Shown in pieces: positions 11,158 through 23,644 of a DNA stretch of 64,000 nt. Within the stretch, counting starts at the first letter, position 1, and each line of letters opens with the position of its first letter. The DNA lies in the NCBI RefSeq assembly GCF_018977255.1, contig NW_024705001.1, positions 1 to 64,000 on the forward strand. The letters run 5' to 3'. Below the pieces are notes generated by a model. That model saw nothing but the letters and a program-made list of their open reading frames with translations, ran no database searches and had not been told where the DNA came from. The position numbers and the translations under genes are program-made. The DNA is from Callorhinchus milii (lineage: Eukaryota).

Positions 11158-11917
11158 TCCAACGAGGAGTGAAAGAGTCTAATCTCAGAACAGATGTTAT
11201 TCCTGTCAGTTGACCTATTTCAAAAATTGTGACATTGCTGCTGTGTCTCTCAGAGGAAAAAGGCGACTAGTTCCCAACCACAAGCAAAATGTGATAGAGT
11301 GGTTCATGCAGGGTAAAAGAGTAAAATAAATAATAGTAATTCTTAGATAAAAACAATAAAATTAAATGCACATAGAGCATTACACTTCGGAAGGACATCC
11401 CAAGATGCTGGATAAAAAGTATTTCGAACCTCAGTTAATGGTTTGTTTGGGGGAGGGTGGAGAGCAGGTGAGGAAACAATGAAGCAAAGGAAGGTCGAAG
11501 AGAATGGTCTTGAAATATGGCTTGAAGGAAACAAAAGAGGGGTCGAGGAGGAGGGACTGTGGGATGCAGTTTCAGACGATGGAGGCGGAGTGGCAGTTCA
11601 AGATTCTCACCCTAACCTTTAAATCTGGCTAAGTATTGCCCTTCCTAACACTTTGATATCCTAGAAGCATACAAATCTGCTCCACATATCCTGCCAAGCC
11701 TGTCACCAAACTGAAATGTTTCGAAGGAGACTCATTCTCCCCTGAGAGGCAATCACCGTGACACATTAGCTTCGCTCCAACATTGAACAGATAATATCCA
11801 CGTCACTTGATTAGAAAATGAGGTCATAGCGATGAAGCGTCAACTGTCTCAGAGCTTTGCGTCTCAGATCAGCATCAATATCTTATCAACCAAAAGGGCA
11901 AAGCTGTGCAGTGAGTG

Positions 11918-12728
11918 ATGGGGATGTGGGGAGCCAGTGCGTGTCTGGCTCTGGATGCCAATTTGATAGGTAAACTCTTGTAACAATAGTTTGCGTTTCA
12001 ATTAACTTTCAAAATCAGTTTTATTGAATAGTTTTCTCTCTGGTCTTCCTGGTACTATTCATGTAGTAATGATATAGTGCTTTCACATGACTTGGAGACG
12101 TCTCTAAGCGGTTCGCAGAACACATTGTAAAGTGTAATGACGATCTATTTTGCGAGTTGTCCCAAAAACAGTCGTGGATTGAGTAAACAAATTATTATTA
12201 TTTTGAAAAGGGTTATTATCCACGGAAAAGTGATCCGCGAATCGACTAACAACCGGGTTCCGACTTACTGCAAATTAAAAAGAAAAGTGTGTGAAATAAG
12301 GACCTGCCCGGCAATGTTTTCACTCTTACGAGGCGAGCGCTCTAATCACTGAGCTACAAGTCTCGACAATTCTTGTATTTCAGGACTCAAACAAGGAGAT
12401 TCTGTGACACAGAAGTTGTCTTCAGTGACTCGGAAAGTAGGAGGAAATGTGAACCATGGAATGTCGTTGCAATACAACTCGGGGCATCTATTATTTGTAC
12501 TGGTATCGAGAACAAGAAACACAACAACAGTATGTGCTTCAAAAGCACTCCTGTGGTTGCACGTTTCAAGTAGACTTTGCTAAAAAGCGATTCTCTGTTG
12601 AGCTCCAAACATCGTCAAAGTTCACCAGTTTAACCATCTCTCTATTGGAGCATTCTGACAGCGCTGTGTGTTACTGTGCTCTCCAACCAACCAGTGATGG
12701 GAACCAGTCAGAGACTCGTACAAAAACT
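11918..12728 (+). pseudogene. TCR alpha/delta V pseudogene (V-C)
   Basis: Probable leader 11918/11924-11969 (MWGASACLALDANLI G|gtaaac). Exon from 12384: GLKQGDSVTQK...; +1 frameshift at ~12453 (gtgaaccatg), then MECRCNTT...WYREQ...DSAVCYCAL. The heptamer position reads ACCAGTG (CAC lost), followed by 23 nt and ACAAAAACT. Confidence 0.8.
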
Positions 12729-12919
12729 GACAGTGTTTAGTGGGTTTTTTCTTCTGTCTCTCGAGGCCGCAGCAGCGATTTCCTGTGGGAAGGGCGAAGA
12801 GACAGAAACACAAAGAGAACATCACATTGACAGCGCATCTGACTGTCACACAAAAAACTCAATGATGCCAAGAAGGAAGCATAGATCAACTCAATGATCC
12901 CATGGTTTACTATTTTTAT

Positions 12920-13430
12920 AATAATCGCGGTTAGAGCACATGTCTCGCAAGCGAATGACTTGGGTTCGATACCCGGCAGCGCGAAATGTTGGTCCAATTT
13001 CCTTAAGGCACAAACCTCTGTTTACCCAGCAGTCGGCAGGAATAATAATAATAATAATAATCCTTGCATTTGATATAGCGCTCTTCACGTCGGGAGGACG
13101 TCCCAAAGCGCTTCACAGAACACACTATAAAGTGAATTGACTGCATATTTGTGGGCGAACGCGGCAGCCAATTGCGCACAGCAATGTCCCACAAACAGTC
13201 GTAGATTGAAAATGACCAATTTATTATTGGTTTTGGTTTTGGAGGGATTAACCTTAGTGGTTGTTTGCTTTTCCGCCGGTCATAATTTTTACAAAAAAAT
13301 AATGGTGATAAATTGGTCACTCAATCCACGAATGCTGGTCGGACATTGCTGTGCATGTTTGGCTGCCACAATACATTCACTTCACATTGTAAGCTGTGAA
13401 GCGTTTTCAGGCGAATCGAAGGCCCGCTAA
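12920..13430. mobile_element. Nested SINEs: younger minus-strand SINE (13041-~13245) inserted into an older plus-strand SINE
   Basis: tRNA-like head on + at 12920-13040, an (AAT)n tail and body in reverse at 13041-13245, then an older body resuming on + to ~13430. Confidence 0.6.
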
Positions 13431-13707
13431 GACTTCATGCCTAATGCAAACCATTATTATATTACGGTTATTATCATAGATCCCGTTGGAGCTTTGGCTT
13501 CCAGGATTACCAGGATCTGAGTGAGTTGATTCCCTCCCCTGGAAACTGGTGAAAGCCGCGGTATAAAAGCAATTGGTTGTTGCGTTGAAACGCGGCTGAG
13601 ATGCCAATGAGGTGACGCGAAACTGCGGTTCCGCCAATGTCGACCGTCACTGCGGGTTATCAGCAAACTGACGGCACAGACACAACCACACAGACTGAAG
13701 AGCAGCA

Positions 13708-14695
13708 ATGAGGCTGTTTGCTGTCTGTCTTGTGCTGGGAACCTTCATGTCAGGTGAGGCCGTGTTGAGCTAATTCATGTCGATGCTGATTGTCAACTGC
13801 ATTTCAACAACAACTGGTGGAGGGAAACCTTTAGTTCAGTGGTTAGAGTTCTCGCCTCGCAAGCGAGATGACAGGGATTCGTTTCCCGGGCAGGATGAAT
13901 ATATAAGCTTGTTTCCTCTCTGCTCAAGCACACACATGCCTCTGTTTAAACAGCAGTAAGTAGAATCCCCCTTGATTTGTAACCCGGAGGTAATAACTTT
14001 TCAAATAATAATTCAATTCAAAAACGTGTTTAGTGGTTTGTCTGATCCATGTTCCAAGGAAAATAATCTTTTTTAAAAAATAACTATTTGGTAATACATT
14101 CCAGCACTGTTTTATTTTAGGCACTGCTGCGCGAAATTGGCTATCGGTTTCTCCCCCCAAAATACACAGCACTTAACTCGACAGCAAATTCTGTGAAGCG
14201 TATCAAGACCTCCCAACAATGTGATAATGCTTTATATAAAATACATTGAATAGTATAATTTCATTGTTAACACAGGACTTATGCATAGCGCATTTCTCGT
14301 CGGGAGGACGTTCAAAGGCACTCAAAAAATAACTCAGGCACCGAGTGAATAATATGTTCGTGCTGTTCCATGTTTATTACAGAACTCTGTGATGGTGATT
14401 CCGTCAGTCAGAAAGCTGCCAATATGATTAAGAAAGAAGGAGAAATTGCGATGTTACAATGTACATATTCCACGACTGAAAGTGATTGCTTTCTCTATTG
14501 GTACCGACATTACCCAGACAAACAGCCGGAGTTTATAATTCGGAGATATTCTGGGAATGACAATCAAGAAAAAGGAACAGGATTTGGAAACCGTTTCACT
14601 GCTCAACTACAGAAATCCAATTCTACCACCAGTTTATCCATCTCTGAGCTGGTGGTGTCTGACAGCGCTGTGTATTACTGTGCCTTTAGTCTCAC
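13708..14695 (+). CDS. TCR alpha/delta V segment (V-D), apparently functional
   Basis: Leader 13708-13753 (MRLFAVCLVLGTFMS G|gtgag). Exon 14383-14695: ELCDGDSVSQK...LQCTYSTTESDCFLYWYRH...DSAVYYCAFSL. Open frame with C23, W41 and C104 present. Confidence 0.92.
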
Positions 14696-14734
14696 CACAG
14701 TGATAGACTGCACTGCAAGTCTCGTACAAAAACT
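14696..14734 (+). other. 23-RSS of V-D: CACAGTG-23-ACAAAAACT
   Basis: Counted directly; near-consensus. Confidence 0.92.
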
Positions 14735-15818
14735 GACTTCAATTTGTACATAGGGATTATCTGCCTGTAACCAGACGGAGAGGAAGCCACATTAACCTCA
14801 CAGCAACTTGTCAGTTAAAGGTTCACACCGTTATATGTTACAATAAATTCTGAACACAATGAATGCTTGAGTCATATATTGCACGTCCAGTTGCTATTGA
14901 TTTACTTTGATCTGTCAATGTAATAAAACAAATCATGTTTCTTTTGTTTTATTACTTAAACGGAACCCTGTGGCGGAGTGGAAATAATTCTCGACTCTCA
15001 AACTGGAGGACCCTGTTTCGATCCCGAGCGTAGTGAAGCCTTTGTCAAGTTTCATCGCTCCTCACACGGGCATTTGTTTACAGAAGTGTGAGTAAGTACC
15101 CGATTGTAAATCGATCAACAGTCGCTTTTCCAAAAGGTAATAATCCCTCCAAATTAATGTTGATTACTCAAACCTTGAATGTTCAGTTGGATAATAAAGA
15201 TCCCACGGAACGGTTCGAAACAACAAGCGATATCCTGACAGAGGGATGTCTGTGTCCGGGTGGGCAGTGTTTGTGGCAGTTGCTGAGGGTGGGCGGTAGA
15301 GACCTTGGTAGCTTTTAAAGGTGGAAGAGGATCTACAACATCTAATAAAATATATCGTTCACTCGCATCCATTTCAAGACCACCGTTTTAAACCGTGTCT
15401 TAAGCGATTATCCCTCCTCCCCTCTCCATGCTCTCCACCCCTCTCTCATCCTAATCTGCAGATCGAGCGCAAAATCCTTCACTTTAAAGCGATTTGTGAA
15501 AGTCGATGTTTAATGTAATTCGTTGTTGTAATTGTTGTCTCAATGAAGCTCTAAATAATGCAAGGATTAGTTTGATTCTTTCTCACCAAAACTTTATTCA
15601 CATCAATATTGTCTTCAACTTGGTGGAGATAAAGCCACTGAACATATAATTGAGTGTAGCCCAACGCCCATAGTTATTAGCCTGACAACAAGGTCAAGTA
15701 AACTTGTCAAGGAAACACTGCTGTGGGATCACGGATGTGATGCTGAAACTCGTCACCTTTGGTAAACACTTTCCATCGTCAAACTCTGGTGGGAAAGGCT
15801 TCTTGCTGAATGGCGACA

Positions 15819-16714
15819 ATGCGACTGCTCATGGATTACCTTCTCCTGTTGAGCTTTATGTCAGGTGAGGCGATGCAACATACAAAACAGATTGATATTT
15901 ATATAGAGACTGTCTCATCTGGAGGAAGGCTCAATCTATTTAGCATTCTTGGCTTTGTCTCCCAAAGTGGGTTAGTAGTCGAATTATCAGTTGCGGAAGC
16001 ATAATATTAATAATAATAATAGTGATAGTCCTTGCATTCGATATAGCGACTTTTCCCCTTTTGGAGGTATCTCGAACCACTTGAAAGCATATACTTGACA
16101 GCATAGTGATTCCGTATTTCGTGGTGCGAAACGTGGCATCTTAGTTCGCACAGCATTTTCCCCACAGACAGTCGTGGATTGAGTGACCACACATTATTTA
16201 GCCAATCGATTAACAACTGGGTTCCTACTTACTGCTCGGTAAACAGAGGCGTATGTATAGATAGGAAACTTCCCAAAGTTTATCCCTGTCCTGCCAGGGA
16301 AAAAACCCGAGTCCCATCCCTTTCGAGGCGAGTGCACTGTCCACTGGACTACAGGAGTAATATGGAGCCATGTTTCAAGTTGATCCTTTCCTCTCGTTGC
16401 AGATGTGGTGCTGGGAGATCCAGTCAGACAGCAGACAGCGGGGCTGAGCAAACAAGAGGGAGGCACAGTGAGTCTGAGCTGCTCATATACCACCAGCTCG
16501 AACTATGCTGCTCTGTACTGGTACAGACATCACCCAGGCCTCGCTCCCCAATACATTCTCTACAGACATACCAATGGGGTAGACAACACTGCAGATTACG
16601 CCAAAGGCCGTTTCACTTCACATCTGGACAAGAATCAGGAACAAACCACATTAATCATTCTCAGTGTCATTGTCACTGACTCTGCCACGTACTGTTGTGG
16701 CTTAAGATCAGATG
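15819..16714 (+). CDS. TCR alpha/delta V segment (V-E), apparently functional
   Basis: Leader 15819 (or 15810)-15864 (MRLLMDYLLLLSFMS G|gtgag). Exon 16403-16714: DVVLGDPVRQ...SLSCSYTTSSNYAALYWYRH...DSATYCCGLRSD. Open frame. Confidence 0.9.
16008..16358 (-). mobile_element. tRNA-derived SINE in the V-E leader intron
   Basis: Reverse-oriented copy of the 43234-type SINE, with a (TAA)n tail at 16008 and head ...actacaggag at ~16358. Confidence 0.7.
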
Positions 16715-16753
16715 CACAGTGCTGCAAGGCAATGACTTCCCTGTACACAAACC
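16715..16753 (+). other. 23-RSS of V-E: CACAGTG-23-ACACAAACC
   Basis: Counted directly. Confidence 0.9.
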
Positions 16754-19367
16754 CAACTAACGTTGAGGCACAATGTTACCCAAAGAACTCTGCTTTCGTT
16801 GGTTTACATATAAACGAAAAGTTCTTGCAAAGAGAGTTTCAATCCATTGAAATCCCGTAGCTTAGATGTTAGAGCACTCGCCTCGCAATCGACTGGATTT
16901 ATGTTTGATTCCCAATCGGGCAAAACACATGTCGATTGGCGGATCGCTTTTTCTGGGGTAATGATACTTTTAAAAAATAATAATAATAAATTGTTCACTC
17001 AATCCACGACAGTTTGATGTACTTCGATGAGTGCCATTGGCTGCCGCGTTTCATCCACAACATATACAGTCACTAGATTTTGCAGCGTATCCTTTGAAGC
17101 GCTTTGAGACTTCTGGCAAATGTGATCAGTCGCTGTATGAAATGCAAGGAATATTATTATTATTTCTCCGTGTTATTGACAGACTACACCACTGTAACTA
17201 AATCACTAAAGAGGAGAGAGAAGGTTTGATCTCAGCACAGATGTTCGTCTGACAGTTGACCTATTTAACAAGTCCTGTTATCGTGGGGGGAATTCGTGGA
17301 GGAAAGATATCTTAAGTAGAGTTTGATGAAGGCGCTGTTGAAGTGGAGGGTATTAATCTGAATATTCATATTAATGGTGTACAGTCCACAATGCACACTC
17401 TGGTAATTCTAACCAAGATTTTAGGTTTGATACTTCAACTCCTGACATTCTCCTGAAATGCCAATAGATGTCGCTGTATAACAAGACAATAAATCTCATT
17501 TTTATGCAGCAGTTTTCGCATCAGGAGGAAACCTTATTAGTGCTGAGCACTGCACACAACGTGTTGTCTTTTATCTTAGTGGTTAGAGCAATGATATCAG
17601 AAGTGAGAAGTGAGAGGAGCTGGTTTCGATTCCTGGTTGGAAATTTTTTTTTAGGCAATTGACCTTAAATCACACGTCTCTTTGTTTACCTAAAAATAAG
17701 TAGGAGCCCACTTGTTACTCGATTCGTAGATAATTAAAACTATGTTTAATTAAAAAAGAAAACACATGCATTGATTTTTTTAAGCAAGAAAATAAATAAA
17801 TGAGTAAAATATTAATTCGATCGCTCAATCTGCGATTGTTTTTGGGATACTGCTGTGCACAATTGGATGATTTATTTTTCCAAGAAAATATAATATCAAT
17901 CAACTCTTCAGTATATTTTTTGCATCTCTTCACGTCGTGACAAGGATCCATATACAATGCAAGAATTATTAGGCTTATAAGATGACAGTGGACTCCAACA
18001 TGATCAACCTACCGCCTCTCCCTCACACACATCCCAAAACTGCTTTGCTCTCCCACTCCATCGTTCAAGTCAAAAAATTATTCCCAAACTTCTTATTCCT
18101 AAAGTGATCAGCTCCTCCTCACACCGCTAAATCACCACAATGCTCAAGACCAATGATATTTCTGAAAAGAATAAACAAAACTAACAATCTTTGCATTTTA
18201 TACAGCGCCCCATCACGTCAACGAGGCAACACCAAACACTTCACAAATATACTGTAAAGCGTCGAGACCGTTTTTTAGGCGAAACCATTGGCACGTTTCG
18301 CCTATAATAGGCGGCGTCCCATATTTAGTGATGGATTAATAATTCAATTATTATTATTATATTGCAGAGATGTTTTACCGCTGGAAAGAGGTGAAACATT
18401 CGAGAAACAAGCGGGTTGCACTTAACATTAAACAGAGGCGTATGTGTGTGTGTGCAGCAAGGAAGCTTTACTAACGANNNNNNNNNNNNNNNNNNNNNNN
18501 NNNNNNNNNNNNNNNNNNNNNNNNNNNNNNNNNNNNNNNNNNNNNNNNNNNNNNNNNNNNNNNNNNNNNNNNNNNNNNNNNNNNNNNNNNNNNNNNNNNN
18601 NNNNNNNNNNNNNNNNNNNNNNNNNNNCGGAAATAGAGACAGACAGACAGTCAGGAATTAATAGTATCGCTTGTATAATAATACACTGCATTACCATATC
18701 GTTAAGTCGTGAAAAACTCCTTCTCATGATACGCTGAAAAGTGACCATCATGTTCGCTGCCTTCTCTTCCTCCTCCATCATCCCTTTGTCACCCCTTCTA
18801 TTCCCATGAATTATAAAACCACCGCATGCCATACTCCTTTACTCCAATTTCTCCCTACACCTTCCCATCCATCATCACCCATATCTCACTCACTCTCTGC
18901 TGCCTTGACCGGCTTCCCCATCCAGCTGCTGGTCACTGTAACAGGACTCACTCCAAGTCAAAGGCGTGTGAGTAGTTTCTTTATGTATCTTTCCCAATTC
19001 CCAGTAAAGCCCTCTCTACACCAAACAGCCTTTGTCCCTCTCACAGTGTCAGATTATACTCCATCTCGTTGGCTTCCCCGTCAATTGTCTATTTAAACCT
19101 AAATGAGACTCGAATAGTTATTCCCAAATCGCCCTCTCTGCCCACTGCTCTCGGGCACAGTTAGTCAGTCCCTTTCCTTATGTATGTTCTTCCCCTCCAC
19201 CCCCAAACCACCCCCCGCCCACCCCTCAAAGCCGCTGACACCAGCCATGATGTGACGCTGTTCATCACAAATAAACCAAGTCTCCAACACTGTTACAGAA
19301 CAGCCCTGTGTTACTCACAGTCACTCTGAGGTGTCCGGGGCTGACAGTATCTCCCAGCGGTGAGAGG

Positions 19368-20074
19368 ATGTCTCTCCTCTATATCTCCATCTGCTTCCTC
19401 CTCTTACAATGTAAGTGATTGTTTCCATTACACAGCAATGTTGAATGTCATCATTACAATGTGCGATATAACAATAATCCTTGCATTGATATAGCCCTCA
19501 TCACTTCGATGAGACGTTTCAAAGCGCTTGCGGGAAAACACTGTAAAGTGAGATGATAGTTTTATTTGTGGGGAAATTCAGCAGCGAATTGGTATCATTA
19601 ATATTATGACAACTATGTTATATGTTAAAATTATTCGTATCAATTAACACAATAATGGTATTGTATATCGTCATATTATTATATTAATTGGTGTCAATCA
19701 AAATCAAGCCAAGGCGAGGGATAAAATTTCCGTAGCTGTTGACCTTGCTGAAGACTTGTTAAACTAATGTTATGTTGTGTATAATTTTCAGATGTTTTTA
19801 GTGCCTCAGTAAAGCAGACGCCATCCGCTATTAGGAGACAAGAATGCGAGTCTTTGACCATCAACTGTGTCTTTGAAGCTGCGTCTTATGAAACTTTCAG
19901 GAAAATGGAATTTTATAGAAAATTTTCGAACGAAAGAGACTGGAAGCGGATCCCTCTTGAAGCACGCTTTGTTGTAAAGACAGACAAGGAATCGATGTCG
20001 TCTTCACTGGAAATTAATGCTTTGCAAGTTCAAGACAGCGCTGACTATAAATGTACAGCTCGGTACTGGGATAC
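19368..20074 (+). CDS. NAR-TCR V segment, cassette 2
   Basis: Leader 19368-19410 (MSLLYISICFLLLQ T|gtaagt). Exon 19792-20074: YVFSASVKQTPSAIRRQECESLTINCVFEAASYETFRKMEFYRKFSNERDWKRIPLEARFVVKTDKESMSSSLEINALQVQDSADYKCTARYWD. Open frame. Confidence 0.92.
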
Positions 20075-20112
20075 CACAGTGCTGTATCTGGCCTTCAGCT
20101 AATACAAGAAGC
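20075..20112 (+). other. RSS of NAR V2: CACAGTG-22-ACAAGAAGC
   Basis: Counted directly. Confidence 0.88.
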
Positions 20113-20427
20113 CCCTTCACTAACTCAAAGGATAAACAGAGAGTCTGTGAACTTGCAATAAATTCAAAGCACATTCCTCATTCCTGTTTGATGCACAATG
20201 ACACTTCCTTTAAGAAACAACAATTACTTATGGATATTTCGGAAAAGAACTATTGGTATGTATGCACATTGGAAATCTGCTAGGATTCATATAACCAACA
20301 ATTTATTCCATGAGACATGCGGCATGTCAAGTCCAAATATAACAATACTCAAAAGATTGTTAAATGTTGTGTGATTGATTGACCATTTGTGAACGGCTGA
20401 CACATTTCAACAGTTTCTCAAACCATT

Positions 20428-20499
20428 GGTTTTTGAATTTACAATAAACACTGTGTTGGGATTGGGACGATCACATTGGCAACCATCAGCACAAATACT
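20428..20499 (+). other. NAR-TCR D segment (20456-20471, TTGGGATTGGGACGAT) flanked by two 12-RSS
   Basis: GGTTTTTGA-12-CACTGTG (20428-20455), D, then CACATTG-12-ACAAATACT (20472-20499). Confidence 0.9.
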
Positions 20500-20815
20500 G
20501 TGCAACTATTTTCTTGGAAACACATGAGACTTGATCACTGACAACCGTATACTATTTAATGCTCCTGAATGTGTCGACACTTTGCTTTCAAAATTACTTA
20601 TTTCAAACGGACATTTCTGGATTTATTTGTAGAGAGGTGTTCTTTGTGCCGTACATTTTGTCTCTGTTTGGGAGGAAATAATATTGAAAATAAACATGTT
20701 TTATACAAAAGAATAGTACGAAGATGGAACCACTGGTGAATCGGTAAGCATTAATGGCCAATTTGTCAGTGTTTGTTTGCGTTAGTGACAGTGTTAAACA
20801 GTGATCTGACACAAC

Positions 20816-20901
20816 AGTTTTTGCGCCTCACAGAATGAGAGTTGTGTGACTGTGGCTCTTTAACGAAGATGGATCGGGAACCAAAGTAATTGTAACAAAA
20901 A
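20816..20901 (+). other. NAR-TCR J segment, cassette 2, with 23-RSS
   Basis: AGTTTTTGC-23-GACTGTG (20816-20854). J 20855-20901 = LFNEDGSGTKVIVTK A|gtgagt, an IgNAR-type (D/E)GxGTxxxV motif with no F/W-G-x-G. Confidence 0.9.
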
Positions 20902-21799
20902 GTGAGTGAATCAATAATCGATCGAAATTAATTTAAATTAAAGAAACGGAAAGCAATTGATGAAGANNNNNNNNNNNNNNNNNNNNNNNNNNNNNNNNNN
21001 NNNNNNNNNNNNNNNNNNNNNNNNNNNNNNNNNNNNNNNNNNNNNNNNNNNNNNNNNNNNNNNNNNNNNNNNNNNNNNNNNNNNNNNNNNNNNNNNNNNN
21101 NNNNNNNNNNNNNNNNNNNNNNNNNNNNNNNNNNNNNNNNNNNNNNNNNNNNNNNNNNNNNNNNNNGATAGATAGAAAGAAACAAAGAAACAAAGAAAGA
21201 AAGGAAGAAAGAAAGAAAGAAAGAGAGAGTGAGAAGGAGACAGAAAGCACTTTGTGTTTCATTCCACAAGTGAAACTGCATTGAGCTGCTCACAGACTGA
21301 GAGAGAAACTGATATTGGCAACAAACCAGAGAATAAACCTCCTCCAGCAGCGGTCTTAAAATAACGATATTTACAGCAGGAAACTCTCCAGTTGCCTAAA
21401 CTGTAAACCCGCAGAGTTAACGGTATAATCTGACACCTGATTCTTTGCTAAACATTCCCATGATCACAGACACCCAAAGCCTCAATGTGGATAATCAGCT
21501 TCAGCAAACAAATATATGATTAGAGGAACAAATCTAAATTAACTGGTGCATTTAAGAGAGATCATGTCAATTGTGTGGCACGAATAGTCACACTGTTTGT
21601 GCTTGCATTAAAATCTGGTTCAACTACAGGAGCACTGTATATTTAATCCATTCAGAATTTCTTGTTTCACTGTTACAACAGTAATCCTTATATTTGGTGA
21701 AAAGAATTTCACGTACGAATTACGAATGATGTCAAGGCCTTCGAAAAGGAGTCAAATGGTTTTACCATAGTGATTCCAGGGAAGAGTGGCTTCATTTAT

Positions 21800-22220
21800 G
21801 TGAAGAGACTACTGTCTGGCAATGTTCTCCGTAGAGCAGCGAAGGTTGAGAGGAGATTTAATTCAAATGTTCAAAATTGTGAAAGGATTTCGATAGGGTA
21901 GATGAGGAGAAAGTGCTTCCGCAGTCCAGTGAATCAGTTTCCAGAGGACACAAGTGTAAATTAAACGGTAAAAGAACCAGACGGGAGATGAGGAGAATTT
22001 TATTTACCTGCAAAGATTTTACAATCTGCAATGCAGTGCCTAAAATTGTACTGCAAACAGATTGTATCATAACCCTTAAACTGGAATTGGAAGAAATACG
22101 ATACAACGCTTCGGGTTAAAAGAATGGGATTGGAAGTAGATGGGCTGCTCTTTCACAGAGAAGGTAAAGGCAGTGTTGGCCGAGTAGCCACTTTTTGTGC
22201 TATAAGATACTATGATTCTA
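21800..22220 (+). mobile_element. CR1 LINE 3' fragment
   Basis: CR1-type end (..ttggccgagtagcc..tgtgctataagatactatgattcta). Paralog of 8340-8708. Confidence 0.65.
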
Positions 22221-22246
22221 AGTAACTTGAAATTAAAACCCAACAG

Positions 22247-22548
22247 GATCGAGTAATGCAGTTTGCCAGACACAGCCTCAACAATCAGCTTTTGCTGGTG
22301 AGACCGTTTCATTGCATTGCAAATATATATTACTCAGTGAAGAGGATTTTAGCATCTACTGGTACCGTCAGTCCCCTGGCGAGACACTGAAATACCTGCT
22401 CCAAAGAAAATCCTCAGTAGAGGGAGGGAACCCCACCGGAGAACGTATTTCTGCTTCTCTTGACACTGCCAAGAAAATCAGCGTTTTAACCATCGCCGAC
22501 CTGCGGCTGACAGACTCCGCTATGTATCACTGTGCACTCAGTCTGCAC
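22247..22548 (+). CDS. Leaderless 'supporting' TCR delta V segment, cassette 2
   Basis: Acceptor gtaac...cccaacag|GA (weak pyrimidine tract). (R)SSNAVCQTQPQQSAFAGETVSLHCKYILLSEEDFSIYWYRQ...DSAMYHCALSLH. Open and in phase with J2. Confidence 0.85.
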
Positions 22549-22587
22549 CACAGTGATACACATCATAGGAAACCTCGTACAATAACC
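22549..22587 (+). other. 23-RSS of supporting V2: CACAGTG-23-ACAATAACC
   Basis: Counted directly. Confidence 0.9.
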
Positions 22588-23644
22588 CTCATCACAACCA
22601 AAGCTGGGAAACAGTACAGTACAGTTAGTGACAGATAGTGTAACAAACCCTCTCCCAACCGCCACCATGGTTTACACCCTATTGAGTTCATATCAATCAA
22701 TGTAAAATATATCATACTTTTTCTAAACGCTAGAAACTCTGGAACACTCTCCATCAATCTTTCCACCATGCATTCCTCCCAAACTCCCGCTCCCCATCCC
22801 CTTCTTTTTGAAATGCCGCCTGAAAAACTTGGTTTGATATTCAATGTTTATTTTGGGAATGGCTTCCGCCAATATTTAGCAGATTTTGATAAATGTATGA
22901 TCGACAATTTGTGGTTTGTGTCTGCGCTGAAAGCTGGCTCACCTACAGCCACTATGTGCACTTCACATATTCCCTTTTTCTTTCTACCATTAAGTAATTA
23001 ATTAATAATTAACTTTGGCACAACGCTTTTCACAGCAAGAAACGTCCCAAAGCACTTTATATGAAACAATTTCAAGTAAAAAGAATTTGTAATTAGTGGG
23101 AGAAAGACAATATGGACACAGTAAGGTGCTACAAACATAAATGCAGTGAATGTCCAATCTATATAAATAAATAATAGAGTGTGTATTGAGCAAAGATTCC
23201 TCCCCAATATTTCGCCTTGCCAGGAATCGAATCCCGGTCTCCCGCTTCCAATTGAGTCCCCAACAAAAGAGCAACAGTACTCCACATTGCGGTAAACTTC
23301 CAGCATTGCATCAGAGACTCAACTGAGAATACGTAGGGCCTAATTCTGGAATATTACCTCTATACACAATCTCCTGACGCAGAGGATTTTCCATCACTGC
23401 TGTGTTGAATATTGCTTCCATATCTGTGTTCAAGACCAATTCAGGACACAGAATTTTATCTCCCAAGCTCCCTTCAAACCATTTAGGTGCCCGATTGGAA
23501 ACATGGAGATGAAACAATTAGCGATGTTCAATTCCTTGTCGTTGAGCCTTATGTGTAAGTCACTAGCCCTCACCATTAAAACAATAAGGGGATTTACATC
23601 CGGCTTTGGTTTCACTGTGAATAACGTGTTCTCTCTGCCTACAG

